Shown piece by piece: positions 50,557-62,463 of a DNA stretch of 64,000 nt; positions within the stretch are counted from its first letter, which is position 1, and each line of letters starts with the position of its first letter. Made by a program: the position numbers and the translations under genes. Under the pieces are notes generated by a model that worked only from the letters and a program-made list of their open reading frames with translations, was not told the origin of the DNA and did no database searches. Source of the stretch: Escherichia coli (GTDB taxonomy: Bacteria > Pseudomonadota > Gammaproteobacteria > Enterobacterales > Enterobacteriaceae); the NCBI RefSeq assembly GCF_003334255.1, contig NZ_QOWU01000014.1; one strand, written 5' to 3'.

Positions 50557-51030
50557 CTAATCTCTCAATACCGCTCCCGGATACCCCAACTGCCGCCAGG
50601 CTTCATACACCACTACCGACACCGCATTGGACAGATTCATGCTGCGGCTGTCCGGCACCATCGGAATGCGAATTTTTTGTTCAGCGGGCAGGGCATCAAG
50701 AATGCTCGCTGGCAGGCCGCGTGTTTCCGGGCCGAACATCAGATAATCGCCATCCTGATAGCTTACGGCGCTGTGAGCAGGTGTACCTTTCGTGGTGAGG
50801 GCGAACAGGCGCTGGGGATTTTCTGCTTCGAGGAACGCGCGATAGTCATGATGACGCGTAACGGCGGTAAACTCGTGATAGTCCAGCCCCGCGCGGCGCA
50901 GGCGCTTATCGTCCCAGGCAAATCCCATCGGTTCGATGATATGCAGACGAAAGCCGGTATTAGCGCAAAGACGGATGATGTTGCCAGTATTTGGCGGAAT
51001 TTCTGGTTCGTAAAGTACGATGTTTAGCAT
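50557..51030 (-). CDS. trmL: tRNA (cytidine/uridine-2'-O)-methyltransferase TrmL
   Basis: 157 aa SpoU-family ORF. Confidence 0.93.
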   Translation of the reverse strand: MLNIVLYEPEIPPNTGNIIRLCANTGFRLHIIEPMGFAWDDKRLRRAGLDYHEFTAVTRHHDYRAFLEAENPQRLFALTTKGTPAHSAVSYQDGDYLMFGPETRGLPASILDALPAEQKIRIPMVPDSRSMNLSNAVSVVVYEAWRQLGYPGAVLRD

Positions 51031-51087
51031 ACTGCCCCCTTAGTGCGGGGGCAGGATAGCAGAAAATTGGTGAGCAGTGCGGCCTTT

Positions 51088-51218
51088 TCCCCTCACCCCG
51101 GCCCTCTCCCCGGAGGGGCGAGGGAGAAAAAAAGAGTGCGGTGTCGTTTCAGAGTGAGGGAGTACATACAGCGCCGAACGGTCCCCTCTCCCTGAGGGAG
51201 AGGGTTAGGGTGAGGGGG
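51088..51218. repeat. pair of GC-rich palindromic repeat units (CCCTCACCC / CCCTCTCCC arms) in trmL-lldD intergenic region
   Basis: cccctcaccccggccctctccccggaggggcgagggag and gtcccctctccctgagggagagggttagggtgaggggg. Confidence 0.6.
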
Positions 51219-51227
51219 CGCAAACGA

Positions 51228-52418
51228 CTATGCCGCATTCCCTTTCGCCATGGGATCCAGTGCCGCAGGCAACTCTTTACCCAGCCCCTGCACCAGCGAA
51301 TCTTGCGTAATTTCGCTGATCGATTTCGCGCCAGTCAGCGTCATCGCCACTTTCATCTCTTTTTCGATCAGATTTAGCAGGTTAGCTACACCCGCCTGGC
51401 CCGCTGTTGCCAGCGCATACAAGAAAGCACGACCCAGCAGTACGGTGTCGGCACCGAGCGCAATCATACGCACGACATCAAGCCCGTTACGAATTCCGCT
51501 ATCCGCCAGAATGGCGATATCACCTTTCACCGCATCTGCAATAGCGGGCAACGCACGAGCGGAAGAGAGTACACCGTCCAGCTGGCGGCCACCGTGGTTA
51601 GAAACCACAATTCCATCAGCACCAAAACGTACGGCATCGCGCGCATCTTCCGGATCGAGGATCCCTTTGATCACCATCGGGCCATCCCAGAAATCGCGGA
51701 TCCACTCAAGGTCTTTCCATGAGATAGACGGATCGAAGTTATTCCCCAGCCAGCCGATGTAATCTTCCAGTCCGGTCGGTTTGCCGAGATAAGCTGAGAT
51801 ATTACCTAAATCATGCGGACGACCGTTCAGACCCACATCCCACGCCCATTGCGGATGCGTCACCGCCTGCAAGTAACGGCGCATTGCCGCATTCGGGCCG
51901 CTCATACCTGAATGCGCATCACGGTAGCGTGCGCCCGGTGTCGGCATATCCACGGTGAAAACCAGCGTCGAACAACCCGCTGCTTTTGCTCGCTCCAGCG
52001 CGTTACGCATAAAGCCGCGATCGCGCAGTACATAAAGCTGGAACCACATTGGGCGCTTGATGGCTGGCGCGACTTCTTCAATCGGGCAAACGGAAACCGT
52101 CGAGAGAGTAAACGGAATGCCATGCGCGTCCGCCGCTTTGGCTGCCTGAACTTCGCCACGACGCGCATACATGCCACACAAACCCACCGGTGCCAGTGCT
52201 ACCGGCATCGACAATTTCTCATTAAACAGCGTCGTTTCCAGGCTTAAGTCGGACATGTTTTTCAGAATACGCTGGCGCAGTGCCACTTCTGACAAATCTT
52301 CCACGTTGCGGCGCAGCGTGTATTCAGAATATGCACCACCATCCATATAGTGGAACAGGAACGGCGGCAGAATGCGTTGCGCTGCGGCGCGATAATCGCT
52401 GGCTGCGGAAATAATCAT
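51228..52418 (-). CDS. lldD: L-lactate dehydrogenase (FMN-dependent)
   Basis: 396 aa ORF; overlaps lldR stop (ATGA-type). Confidence 0.97.
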   Translation of the reverse strand: MIISAASDYRAAAQRILPPFLFHYMDGGAYSEYTLRRNVEDLSEVALRQRILKNMSDLSLETTLFNEKLSMPVALAPVGLCGMYARRGEVQAAKAADAHGIPFTLSTVSVCPIEEVAPAIKRPMWFQLYVLRDRGFMRNALERAKAAGCSTLVFTVDMPTPGARYRDAHSGMSGPNAAMRRYLQAVTHPQWAWDVGLNGRPHDLGNISAYLGKPTGLEDYIGWLGNNFDPSISWKDLEWIRDFWDGPMVIKGILDPEDARDAVRFGADGIVVSNHGGRQLDGVLSSARALPAIADAVKGDIAILADSGIRNGLDVVRMIALGADTVLLGRAFLYALATAGQAGVANLLNLIEKEMKVAMTLTGAKSISEITQDSLVQGLGKELPAALDPMAKGNAA

Positions 52419-53191
52419 GCGTTTTTCTCCCTCGAATGCTCATTATGCTCACCGGGCAGGCGGGTAATCCGTGCGTGGCGAGCCTGATCTTCATCGAATC
52501 GTTTCATGGTGGTGTGAACAAAACTAAGGTGCGCCATCATTGCTTTACGCGCCCCGTCGGCATCACCAGCAAAAATGGCGTCAATGACAGCCTGATGTTG
52601 TTCGGTCAGTTGTGAAAAAACCGGTGGCACCAGATACATCCGCTGACGGCTATGCTTCACTGAGGATTGCAGGACATCGAAGAAACCGCGCATGGTTTGC
52701 AGCAGCACGATGTTATGTGAGGCTTCGGCAATCGCCAGATGAAAACGAACGTCCGCTTGTGAGGCGATATCCGGGTCTTCACTTAGCGTTGCTTCAAAGC
52801 AAAGCTGAATCTTTTCTTTGTCGCCAGGTGTGGCGCGCATTGCCGCATGCCATGCGGTGCTGGCTTCAATGGCGTAGCGGGCTTCCAGAATATCGAAACT
52901 GTAATCCGGATCATCGGCCATCAGCGTTTTTAGCGGCTGGACGATGTTTTGCTCCGACCATGTGTCATGACGCCAGCGAATAAACGTCCCGCCGCCGCGT
53001 CGACTGAGCAGCACGCCTTCGCTCACCAGTTTTGCCAGTGCCTCGCGCAGTGAATTACGCGATACGCCGAGTTGCATCGCCAGTTGACGTTCAGCGGGCA
53101 ACTTCATGCCCGCCTCCAGGTTTTTTTCATCAATCAGCGCCCGCACACGATCGGCAACCTCGTCTGACAGGCGTCTGGGTAAAACAATCAT
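52415..53191 (-). CDS. lldR: GntR-family regulator LldR
   Basis: ORF 52415..53206; start trimmed to [15 protein letters not shown] (258 aa). Confidence 0.95.
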   Translation of the reverse strand: MIVLPRRLSDEVADRVRALIDEKNLEAGMKLPAERQLAMQLGVSRNSLREALAKLVSEGVLLSRRGGGTFIRWRHDTWSEQNIVQPLKTLMADDPDYSFDILEARYAIEASTAWHAAMRATPGDKEKIQLCFEATLSEDPDIASQADVRFHLAIAEASHNIVLLQTMRGFFDVLQSSVKHSRQRMYLVPPVFSQLTEQHQAVIDAIFAGDADGARKAMMAHLSFVHTTMKRFDEDQARHARITRLPGEHNEHSREKNA

Positions 53192-54846
53192 TAAGGAATC
53201 ATCCACGTTAAGACATAAGCCTGAAGCGTGGTGATCACGCCCACCATACAGGTGAAGATCAGGCTGTGTTTGACAGTAAAGCGGAACAAATCAGACTCTT
53301 TGCCCACCAGGCCTACCGCCGCACAGGCGATAGCGATAGATTGCGGGGAGATCATCTTACCGGTGACGCCACCGGTGGTATTGGCGGCAACCAGCAACAG
53401 ATCAGAGACGCCAATTTGTTGTGCTGCGGTGGCTTGCAGCGCGGCGAACAGGGCGTTAGATGAGGTATCCGACCCGGTCAGGAATACCCCCAGCCAGCCG
53501 AGGAACGGCGAGAAGAAGGTGAATGCATGACCGGTGTGCGCCAGTGCCAGCGCCAGGGTTGATGACAGTCCGGAATAGTTCGAAATAAAGGCGAATGCCA
53601 GCACCATACCGATGGAGTAGATGGGCAGAGCCAGTTCTTTCAGCGTGCTGCCGAAGGTGCTGATAGCGTCAGACGGTTTCATCTTCAGCCAGACAATCGA
53701 GAGCAGTGCAGCAAACAGAATGGCGGTGCCGGTGGCAGAGAACCAGTCAAACTTAAACACGGCGGCATAGGCTGTAGCCTCGCTGACCACTGGCGGCATA
53801 CGGGCAACCAGTTTATCGAGGTACGGCACCGGAATGTTGATCACCCACTCATACAGCGCGCCACCCGATGCGAACAGGGCTTTAAACGGCGGGATACTCC
53901 ACAGTGTTACGGTAGCTGTCAGGAACAGGAATGGTGTCCAGGCACGTAACACCTGACCCGCAGTGTAACCGGTGTGGGCCAGCGTCATATCAACCTGTGA
54001 CGCCCCCAAATCACCAAAACGGAATACGCGCACTGGCTGCCAGCGTTTGAGGAACAGCGTCAGGCAGAGCAGTGATACCAGCGAAGAGATAATGTCCGGC
54101 AGCTCCGGCCCAATGAAGTTAGAGCTAAGGTACTGAGCGATGGCAAACGAGCCGCCCGCAACCACGACCGCAGGCCAGGTTTCTTTGATACCGCGCCAGC
54201 CGTCCATAATCGCCATGATCCAGAACAGCACGATGATGGTCATAAACGGTAGCTGACGCCCCACCATCTGGCCAATCTCAAAGCTGTCGATGCCTGTTAC
54301 CTGTCCGGCAACCAGGATTGGAATGCCCATCGCACCAAATGCCACTGGCGCGGTGTTAACAATCAGGCACAGCCCGGCGGCGTACAGCGGTTTAAAGCCC
54401 AGACCGACCAGCAATGCGGCGGTAATTGCTACCGGTGCGCCAAAGCCTGCAGCTCCTTCGAGGAACGCGCCGAAACAGAAACCGACGATCAGCATTTGCA
54501 GGCGCTGGTCTGGGGTTATCGAAAGAATAGACGAGCGAATGATGTCAAACTGCCCGGTTTTCACCGAGATCTTATAGACGAACACTGCTGCAATAATGAT
54601 CCACGCGATGGGCCACAAACCATAGAAGAAGCCATAAACCACCGAGGCCAGCGCGTTAGCGACCGGCATTTTATAGAACAGCAAAGCCACGGCAAGGGCG
54701 ATTGCCACCGTCCATGAGGCGGCGACGTATCCTTTCAGTTTGAGCTTAATCAGCGCAAAGAAGAAAAACAGGATGGGAAGCGATGCTATCAGACTGGAAA
54801 GCCAGATATTCCCGGCGGGATCGTAGTTTTGTTGCCAGAGATTCAT
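53191..54846 (-). CDS. lldP: L-lactate permease
   Basis: ORF 53191..54873; start trimmed to [13 protein letters not shown] (551 aa). Confidence 0.95.
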
Positions 54847-55137
54847 TGCAGGTCTCCTGGAGTCCACGCACATCGTGTAATGAGTCTGTTGCTCATCTCC
54901 TTGTCACACGTTGTGTAAAAGTGGCACTGCCAATTGTGTTGTGTAGGGATAATGACAATGAATAGTTAACTAAATGTTATGTATTGGCAACGTTGATGTG
55001 AGTTTTAATTGGGGAATTGTGAACCAGAGGTCAGATAAGCGAAGAATTGGTAGGGCCAATTTTTTGGTGAAGGGAGATGTCTGGTAAAGAAAAGGGCAAT
55101 CCTCATCAGAGAATTGCCCTTAGATTGTTGATCCAGA

Positions 55138-55190
55138 GCGCCTTATCTTGCCGGATGCGGCGTGAACACCTTACTCGGCCTATAGGAATG
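55138..55190. repeat. REP element between lldP and yibL
   Basis: gccttatcttgccggatgcggcgtgaacaccttactcggcctatagg, REP-like. Confidence 0.6.
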
Positions 55191-55219
55191 TGCAGAATCA
55201 CCCTGTAGATACTGTGTTC

Positions 55220-55582
55220 TTAAAACGCGGTCTTTGAAAACCCAGTCATCTCCTGCAGGCCCATTTCGCGGCCCAGTGCGGTCATTGGGTGCACAACGAC
55301 CAGTCCGCGAACACTTTTCTTCAGCTTGCCCATATCAGCCTGCTCTTTTTTGGTAATTGCGCGCTGGAATGGCATCTTCATCAGCTTCTGTGCTTCTTTA
55401 CTCAGTTTTTGGCTATGAACTTCACGCAGGCGAGCAATTTCTGCTTCCAGCGTGGCTTTCTCTTTTTCCAGCTCGGCATATTTGTCTGCGGCTTCAACCA
55501 GCGAAAGATCGGCCTGCTGGTGGCGGATGGCGTCCAGGCGATCGCTGAGACGTTTGATTTCGTTTTTTTCGACTTCTTTCAT
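55220..55582 (-). CDS. yibL: uncharacterised protein YibL
   Basis: 120 aa [31 protein letters not shown]... Confidence 0.88.
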
Positions 55583-55866
55583 GTGATGGCTTCTGATAAA
55601 GATAAATTTATAGCCCCTAGTATGCGCGACCAGGTGCTTTGTTCACAACTAATGACATTGTAATAGTTCTGTAACGTAATCATTAACATGCTCAAAAACT
55701 ACGCAATTCGTTGATTAATTAAGAAATCTATAGAAAAAAGATAATAAACAGCAGCGGATGATTATTGAGGATTCAGCACGTTTTCCTTAATGTCATCTTT
55801 ACCGGGAACCTAAACTAAAATTGGCGGCCGCGCATTCCCGGCGCGGGGTAATACGGAGATATCATC

Positions 55867-56076
55867 ATGGGCAAATTAGGTGAAAACGTTCCGCTTCTTA
55901 TCGATAAAGCCGTAGATTTCATGGCATCAAGCCAGGCGTTCCGGGAGTATCTGAAAAAACTTCCTCCCCGTAACGCGATTCCGTCCGGAATACCCGATGA
56001 AAGCGTGCCGTTATATCTACAACGTCTGGAGTATTATCGTCGGCTTTATCGGCCGAAGCAGGTAGAGGGGCAGTAA
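55867..56076 (+). CDS. yibT: small uncharacterised protein YibT
   Basis: 69 aa ORF; position between yibL and mtlR matches E. coli yibT. Confidence 0.7.
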
Positions 56077-56087
56077 GCAGACGTTGC

Positions 56088-56675
56088 TTACTTTTGAAAG
56101 GCTTTTTTTAAGCTGATTTTGGAAATCAGCTCAGTCAGTGAAAGGACCATTGTTGATCGCACAGCCTGTTGATAGCGCTGAATTTGCATTGCATACAAAC
56201 TGGAGTCTGCTGGTTCAAACTGTGGCGGCGGTGGTAACGCCGCCACGCAGTGCAGTTCACCAAAGGGTCCAAGGATTTCGTCGTCGGTAAAGGCGTACTC
56301 GTTGCCGTCGTGATTTAGCTCTTCACGCAATGCCATCAGCAGTTCCGCATCTTCGTATTCCTGGCGGTTAATGACGCCCAACCCGTAAATGAGTTTTAAA
56401 CGCACAGAAAGATCGCCCAGCGGACCATCGCCGTCGAGTAACGGTTCTACAGCATACTTCACCGCGTAATCGTCTTTGCGGAATACCTGAAGCACCAGAA
56501 GATTTACCGCCTCGGTCAGGAGCTCGACGGCGGTGATCAGAAAGCTTCGCACGGTTTTGCCAGCATTCAGACGCTCAAGCACACGGTTTTCAAAGGCCTG
56601 GGTTTGTTCCATTGTTGCCTGCATATCTGACAATCTGTTATTCGGGCGCAGGGTGTCCTGCGCCTGGTCCACCAT
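56088..56675 (-). CDS. mtlR: mannitol operon repressor
   Basis: 195 aa ORF, last gene of mtlADR. Confidence 0.95.
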   Translation of the reverse strand: MVDQAQDTLRPNNRLSDMQATMEQTQAFENRVLERLNAGKTVRSFLITAVELLTEAVNLLVLQVFRKDDYAVKYAVEPLLDGDGPLGDLSVRLKLIYGLGVINRQEYEDAELLMALREELNHDGNEYAFTDDEILGPFGELHCVAALPPPPQFEPADSSLYAMQIQRYQQAVRSTMVLSLTELISKISLKKAFQK

Positions 56676-57823
56676 TATTGCATTGCTTTATAAGCGGTTA
56701 CCGCCTCGGATACAACCTCGCTGTTGGCATCAAGACCGGAAATCTGTGCCAGCGCCGCCTGCGGACCTTTGTCAGCGATCAGTGCTGCCAGTTCCTGAGC
56801 CTGCGGATCATCTTCACTGCGGAAGTGCATTGCAGCGGCAATACCTTCAATCAGGTTTTTATGTGGCAGACCATATTCCAGCGTACCGAGCAGTGGCTTG
56901 ATCAGACGGTCGCCAGCACTCAGTTTACGCAGTGGCTGACGGCCTACGCGCTCTACATCATCTTTCAGATACGGGTTCTCAAAACGGCCGAGAATTTTCT
57001 GGATGTACGCCGCATGCTTGTCAGCGTCAAAGCCGTAGCGCTTGATCAATACTGCACCACTTTCTTCCATCGCACCTTTTACCACCGCGCGGATTTTCTC
57101 GTCGAGAATCGCGTCACGAATGGTCTGATGACCGGCCAGTTTTCCGAGGTACGCGGTTATAGCATGACCCGTGTTCAGGGTGAAGAGTTTACGTTCGACA
57201 AATGCCATCAGGTTGTCGGTTAACTCCATGCCTGGGATGTTCGGCAGTGCGCCTTTGAACTGCGTTTTATCGACAATCCATTCGCTGAAGGTTTCTACCG
57301 TCACTTCCAGCGGATCGTTAGTTGCCGAAGCCGAAGGCGGTACGATGCGGTCAACGGCGGAATCGACAAAGCCAACGTGTTCTTCTACCCACGCTTTGGC
57401 GTCTTCCGGCAGGGCGTTCATCACATGGCCTTTCAGCTGCGTGGTACCGCGTACCATGTTTTCACAGGCGATGATGTTCAGCGGGGATTCATTACCTTGT
57501 TCTTTACGTTTCACCAGCCCTTTGGCGATTGCCGGAGCAATACGTTCCAGCACAACCGGGCCAACGGCGGTAGTGACTAAATCAACCTGAGCAATCAGAT
57601 CAACGACATCATCACCAATGCTGCTGACAGCATTGACGCCGGAAACGGTATCTACCTGCTCGGTTTCACCAACCACATGTACCTGATAGCTATGACGGGC
57701 ATTCAGGGCATCAAGTACCACCTGATTGACATCGGCAAACGTCAGTTGGATACCCGCGTCTGCCAGCAGTTTACCGATAAAGCCACGACCGATATTACCT
57801 GCGCCAAAATGTAATGCTTTCAT
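56675..57823 (-). CDS. mtlD: mannitol-1-phosphate 5-dehydrogenase
   Basis: ORF 56675..58141 runs upstream through REP sequences; trimmed to [15 protein letters not shown] (382 aa). Confidence 0.96.
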   Translation of the reverse strand: MKALHFGAGNIGRGFIGKLLADAGIQLTFADVNQVVLDALNARHSYQVHVVGETEQVDTVSGVNAVSSIGDDVVDLIAQVDLVTTAVGPVVLERIAPAIAKGLVKRKEQGNESPLNIIACENMVRGTTQLKGHVMNALPEDAKAWVEEHVGFVDSAVDRIVPPSASATNDPLEVTVETFSEWIVDKTQFKGALPNIPGMELTDNLMAFVERKLFTLNTGHAITAYLGKLAGHQTIRDAILDEKIRAVVKGAMEESGAVLIKRYGFDADKHAAYIQKILGRFENPYLKDDVERVGRQPLRKLSAGDRLIKPLLGTLEYGLPHKNLIEGIAAAMHFRSEDDPQAQELAALIADKGPQAALAQISGLDANSEVVSEAVTAYKAMQ

Positions 57824-57849
57824 AGTATTAACCTTCATCAATGTTTTTA

Positions 57850-58048
57850 CCCGAGAGGGCTGGGGTGAGGCTTTTCCCTCACCCAAACCCTCTCCGTGAG
57901 GAGAGGGGCAGCGCCGGATGCGGCGTAAGCGCCTTATCCGGCCTACAAGAACGTGCAAATTCAACAAATTGTGATGCATCCTGTAGGCCTGATAAGCGTA
58001 GCGCATCAGGCAATTAACCCCACCTTCTCCATGTGGAGAGGGTGGGAT
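57850..58048. repeat. BIME/REP cluster in mtlA-mtlD intergenic region
   Basis: Two REP units (gccggatgcggcgtaagcgccttatccggcctaca; gatgcatcctgtaggcctgataagcgtagcgcatcaggc) plus CCCTCACCC/CCCTCTCC palindromes. Confidence 0.75.
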
Positions 58049-58052
58049 TGGA

Positions 58053-59966
58053 TTACTTACGACCTGCCAGCAGTTCCAGCACTTCATCCACGCTGGTGGT
58101 GTGTGCCAGACGCTCGATGACGGACTCATCATCCAGTGCATTGGTCAGGCTGGTGATAACCTGAATGTGCTCGTTGTTACGGGCAGCAATACCAATCACC
58201 AGACGGGCAATGTCATCTTCTTCTTCACCGAAGCGCACGCCTTCCGGGTACTGGCAGAACACGACGCCCGTTTTCAGTACGCGATCTTTCGCTTCAACCG
58301 TACCGTGTGGCACCGCGATAGACTCACCCAGATAAGTCGGGGTCAGTTTTTCACGATCCAGCATCGCCTGAACGTATTCCGGCTCAACGTAACCGCCTTT
58401 CACCAGCTGCTCGCCAGCAAAACGAATCGCTTCTTCTTTGGTTGCCGCTTTGCGACCGAGGAAGATGTTCTCCGCGCCTAGCTTGAACAGGTTAGCACTG
58501 GAATCGTCAAAGCTGTCTTTCAGGCTGTCTTTTACTTTCTCTTCGTTTGCCGTGTGGCGTTGGGCAGCAACCAGACGTTCGGTCAGGCTGGTGTACAGGC
58601 CGCTGTCGAGGAAGTTGGTCAGCGAAATATGCTGTGCCTGCGGAACCTGGCGCATAGCGCGTTCGGTCAGGTCACGGTGAGTGATGACGAGGTCCACATC
58701 TGGCGGCAGGTTGTTGATCGCGCTGTTAGTAACAGAAATCTGCGACAGACCTGCATCCTGAATTTTCTTACGCAGAACGCCTGCGCCCATCGCACTGGAA
58801 CCCATACCGGCGTCACAGGCAACGATGATTTTACGTACGTGGCTCAGGTCGTTAGTCACATCGCCAGCAGACAGCGGAGATGCGCCTTTAGACTCAGCTT
58901 TCATGTCCTGCATACGACGAGTTGCTGCTTCAATATCATCTTCTTCTTTCACTTTGCTGGTTTTCAGCAAAATAGCAGAGACAACGAAGGAGACAGCCAT
59001 CGCCGCACACACACCCGCGATGTTAGCGAAGTAAGCACCTTTTGGTGTCATCGCCAGTACAGCAAGGATAGAACCCGGAGATGCCGGAGAAACCAGACCA
59101 CCGCCCAGGATAGTCAGCGTGAACACGCCAGTCATACCGCCGAGGATGACTGCGAGGATCAGACGCGGATTCATCAGCACATACGGGAAGTAGATTTCGT
59201 GGATACCCCCCAGGAAGTGGATGATTGCCGCACCGCCCGCAGACTGTTTAGCGCTACCACGACCAAAGAACATGTACGCCAGCAGCACGCCCATACCTGG
59301 ACCTGGGTTAGCTTCAATCAGGAAGAAGATTGATTTACCCAGTTCATGGGACTGCTGAATACCCAGCGGCGAGAAGATACCGTGGTTAATGGCGTTGTTG
59401 AGGAACAGGATTTTCGCCGGTTCAACAAAGATAGACGCCAGCGGCAGCATGTCATGGACAACCATGAAGTTAACGCCCGCAGCCAGCATTTTGGACAGGG
59501 CTTCAACAATCGGGCCAATGCCGAGGAATGCCAGAATAGCGAGGATCATCCCGATGATGCCTGCGGAGAAGTTATTCACCAGCATCTCAAAACCGGATTT
59601 GATCTTACCGTCTACCCAGCGGTCGAAGTGCTTAATGCACCAGCCGCCCAGCGGACCTGCAATCATAGAACCGAGGAACATCGGCATGTCTGCGCCGACG
59701 ATAACGCCCATGGTGGTGATGGCACCGACTACGCCGCCACGTTCGCCGCCTACCAGCTTACCACCGGTATAACCGATCAGCAGCGGCAGGAGATAAGTGA
59801 TCATCGGCCCGACCAGCTTCGCCAGCGTCTCGTTCGGTAACCACCCTGTTGGAATAAATAACGCGGTGATGATACCCCACGCGATAAACGCGCCGATATT
59901 TGGCATCACCATGTTGCTGAGGAAACGACCAAAGCTTTGCACTTTGATCTTAATATCGGATGACAT
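58053..59966 (-). CDS. mtlA: PTS mannitol-specific EIICBA
   Basis: 637 aa [30 protein letters not shown]... Confidence 0.97.
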   Translation of the reverse strand: MSSDIKIKVQSFGRFLSNMVMPNIGAFIAWGIITALFIPTGWLPNETLAKLVGPMITYLLPLLIGYTGGKLVGGERGGVVGAITTMGVIVGADMPMFLGSMIAGPLGGWCIKHFDRWVDGKIKSGFEMLVNNFSAGIIGMILAILAFLGIGPIVEALSKMLAAGVNFMVVHDMLPLASIFVEPAKILFLNNAINHGIFSPLGIQQSHELGKSIFFLIEANPGPGMGVLLAYMFFGRGSAKQSAGGAAIIHFLGGIHEIYFPYVLMNPRLILAVILGGMTGVFTLTILGGGLVSPASPGSILAVLAMTPKGAYFANIAGVCAAMAVSFVVSAILLKTSKVKEEDDIEAATRRMQDMKAESKGASPLSAGDVTNDLSHVRKIIVACDAGMGSSAMGAGVLRKKIQDAGLSQISVTNSAINNLPPDVDLVITHRDLTERAMRQVPQAQHISLTNFLDSGLYTSLTERLVAAQRHTANEEKVKDSLKDSFDDSSANLFKLGAENIFLGRKAATKEEAIRFAGEQLVKGGYVEPEYVQAMLDREKLTPTYLGESIAVPHGTVEAKDRVLKTGVVFCQYPEGVRFGEEEDDIARLVIGIAARNNEHIQVITSLTNALDDESVIERLAHTTSVDEVLELLAGRK

Positions 59967-60109
59967 AAAAACACCCCTTCTTATGTTTGCTGTCGCGCAG
60001 GCTGGAAGCCCGAGGTTTTTTGTTAATGTGGCGGCAGAGGTAGCCGGACCTTGTAGATACTGCGAAATCTGGCACTGAATCGGTTAACTGTCCAGTCGAC
60101 GGCCTTTTG

Positions 60110-60125
60110 TGTGATATCAATCACA
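60110..60125. promoter_or_regulatory. CRP-binding site TGTGATATCAATCACA in mtlA upstream region
   Basis: TGTGA-N6-TCACA palindrome. Confidence 0.65.
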
Positions 60126-60226
60126 TAAATATAGGGGGTAGAGAGGTAATTGACGTGACGTTCATCACAAAACGCTTGTGTAAAAAAGCAACAAGGCGGC
60201 GATTTTCGCTAAAAATGGCATTTAAA

Positions 60227-60242
60227 TGTGAGTAGTGTCACA
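60227..60242. promoter_or_regulatory. CRP-binding site TGTGAGTAGTGTCACA in mtlA upstream region
   Basis: TGTGA-N6-TCACA palindrome. Confidence 0.6.
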
Positions 60243-60270
60243 TTTTTGTTTTGATGGTTTGTTGAATCTT

Positions 60271-60286
60271 TGTGATCTGAATCACA
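60271..60286. promoter_or_regulatory. CRP-binding site TGTGATCTGAATCACA in mtlA upstream region
   Basis: TGTGA-N6-TCACA palindrome. Confidence 0.65.
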
Positions 60287-60502
60287 AGATATTTTCTTAC
60301 GGCGTTCACCTGATGTGATCTACAGCATGTTATGCCTTCGTCATACAATCGTTATGTAACTAAGCAACTCATCACCTCTAAAAATTATTCTTTGGTGTTA
60401 TGGCGAGAATCGCGAACCCGGATTATTGTCAAAATATCAGCCTGACTCCCTTCTGGCTGCCAGCCCAAAAACAACACTGATAAACGTGAATCCGAGGCAG
60501 AT

Positions 60503-60865
60503 ATGTTTCTAAACTATTTCGCGTTGGGAGTGCTGATCTTCGTCTTTCTGGTGATTTTTTATGGAATCATCGCGATACATGACATCCCTTATCTGATTGC
60601 CAAAAAGCGCAACCATCCCCATGCCGACGCTATTCATACGGCGGGCTGGGTGAGCCTGTTTACTCTGCATGTTATCTGGCCGTTTCTGTGGATCTGGGCG
60701 ACGCTCTATCAACCGGAGCGTGGCTGGGGTATGCAGTCACATGTTGCGTCGCAGGAGAAAGCGACTGACCCGGAAATCGCCGCACTTTCTGACCGAATTT
60801 CCCGGCTGGAGCATCAACTCGCCGCCGAGAAAAAGACTGACTATTCCACGTTCCCGGAGATCTAA
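60503..60865 (+). CDS. yibI: DUF3302-like small inner membrane protein YibI
   Basis: 120 aa ORF with two TM segments; 2 nt before yibH. Confidence 0.85.
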   Translation: MFLNYFALGVLIFVFLVIFYGIIAIHDIPYLIAKKRNHPHADAIHTAGWVSLFTLHVIWPFLWIWATLYQPERGWGMQSHVASQEKATDPEIAALSDRISRLEHQLAAEKKTDYSTFPEI

Positions 60866-60867
60866 TT

Positions 60868-62004
60868 ATGGATCTATTGATTGTTTTAACTTACGTGGCG
60901 CTGGCGTGGGCGGTCTTTAAAATCTTCCGCATTCCGGTAAATCAGTGGACGCTGGCGACGGCGGCGCTGGGAGGCGTGTTTCTGGTGAGTGGTTTGATTT
61001 TGTTGATGAACTACAACCACCCTTACACTTTTACCGCGCAAAAGGCAGTGATAGCGATCCCTATCACGCCACAGGTGACGGGAATTGTTACTGAAGTCAC
61101 TGACAAGAATAATCAGCTTATTCAAAAGGGCGAGGTGCTTTTTAAGCTCGACCCGGTTCGTTACCAGGCGCGAGTTGACAGACTTCAGGCTGACCTGATG
61201 ACGGCGACGCATAATATAAAGACGCTGCGTGCGCAGCTCACTGAAGCGCAGGCCAACACCACCCAGGTTTCAGCGGAGCGCGACCGTCTGTTTAAAAATT
61301 ATCAACGTTACTTGAAAGGCAGCCAGGCGGCGGTGAATCCGTTCTCGGAACGTGACATCGACGATGCGCGGCAAAATTTCCTCGCGCAGGATGCGCTGGT
61401 GAAAGGCTCGGTGGCGGAGCAGGCGCAGATCCAGAGCCAGCTCGACAGTATGGTTAACGGCGAGCAATCGCAGATTGTGAGCTTAAGAGCGCAACTTACT
61501 GAAGCAAAATATAACCTTGAGCAGACTGTCATTCGCGCGCCGAGCAATGGCTACGTTACTCAGGTACTGATCCGCCCAGGTACATACGCAGCTGCCTTGC
61601 CGCTGCGTCCGGTGATGGTCTTCATCCCCGAGCAAAAACGGCAAATTGTCGCCCAATTTCGGCAAAACTCGCTGTTACGTCTGAAACCCGGCGATGATGC
61701 GGAAGTGGTGTTTAACGCGCTACCTGGGCAGGTGTTTCACGGCAAACTGACTAGTATTTTACCTGTCGTGCTAGGCGGTTCTTATCAGGCGCAGGGGGTA
61801 TTGCAATCATTAACGGTCGTGCCCGGCACGGACGGTGTGCTGGGAACCATTGAACTGGACCCTAACGATGATATCGATGCCTTACCCGACGGCATCTACG
61901 CCCAGGTGGCGGTTTACTCCGACCATTTCAGCCATGTTTCGGTGATGCGGAAAGTGCTGCTAAGAATGACCAGCTGGATGCATTATCTTTATTTGGATCA
62001 TTGA
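60868..62004 (+). CDS. yibH: HlyD-family membrane fusion protein YibH
   Basis: 378 aa ORF; N-terminal TM, coiled-coil, C-terminal beta-barrel HlyD-like region. Confidence 0.88.
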   Translation: MDLLIVLTYVALAWAVFKIFRIPVNQWTLATAALGGVFLVSGLILLMNYNHPYTFTAQKAVIAIPITPQVTGIVTEVTDKNNQLIQKGEVLFKLDPVRYQARVDRLQADLMTATHNIKTLRAQLTEAQANTTQVSAERDRLFKNYQRYLKGSQAAVNPFSERDIDDARQNFLAQDALVKGSVAEQAQIQSQLDSMVNGEQSQIVSLRAQLTEAKYNLEQTVIRAPSNGYVTQVLIRPGTYAAALPLRPVMVFIPEQKRQIVAQFRQNSLLRLKPGDDAEVVFNALPGQVFHGKLTSILPVVLGGSYQAQGVLQSLTVVPGTDGVLGTIELDPNDDIDALPDGIYAQVAVYSDHFSHVSVMRKVLLRMTSWMHYLYLDH

Positions 62005-62463
62005 GGGGGAGGGGGGAGATTATGGAACTTTGCTCCTTGTAAGGACTAATTATTTTTGCATATTACTTCATTAGCTGCGATGATTTTTCTTTAATATTCA
62101 TTATGTTAATAAGTTCTGGATGAGTGTGCTCTCATTGGATTTTTTATCCGTCTTGTTCTGCCGCAGGATGAGACTATACATCGTCGAGATCGCAATGATG
62201 ATATGAGTTGTTCCTCCTGCGACGGCTCTAATCAAAAAAGAGCAGGAGTGCTTTTCCATCTATTGCGATGATGGCTTTATTATCTGAAGGATGACAGTCA
62301 CATTTAAAAAATATTTAATCTATAGATCACAATGTAGGGTCATGGAATATATGTATACAACTATTTTCTTCTTCACTTTTAATTATCGTATTCATTATAA
62401 AACTAAGTTAAAAAAACTCCTGGAGAGTGAGTTATTAATATATTTTTAAATAAAATTAAGTTA

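Noticed and set aside
56675-58141. ORF track gives mtlD as 488 aa overlapping mtlA
   Set aside because: The N-terminal 106 residues are a read-through of the REP/BIME cluster from an upstream alternative start; the real start is [15 protein letters not shown] at 57823. gpmM, coaD, coaBC, gmk, yicG, slmA, lldP and recG needed the same trimming.
58554-59333. 259 aa plus-strand ORF
   Set aside because: Antisense to mtlA; no independent support.
62120-62206. 28-codon hydrophobic ORF (MSVLSLDFLSVLFCRRMRLYIVEIAMMI) in the AT-rich spacer
   Set aside because: No convincing Shine-Dalgarno sequence and AT-rich DNA yields such ORFs by chance; left as a note only.
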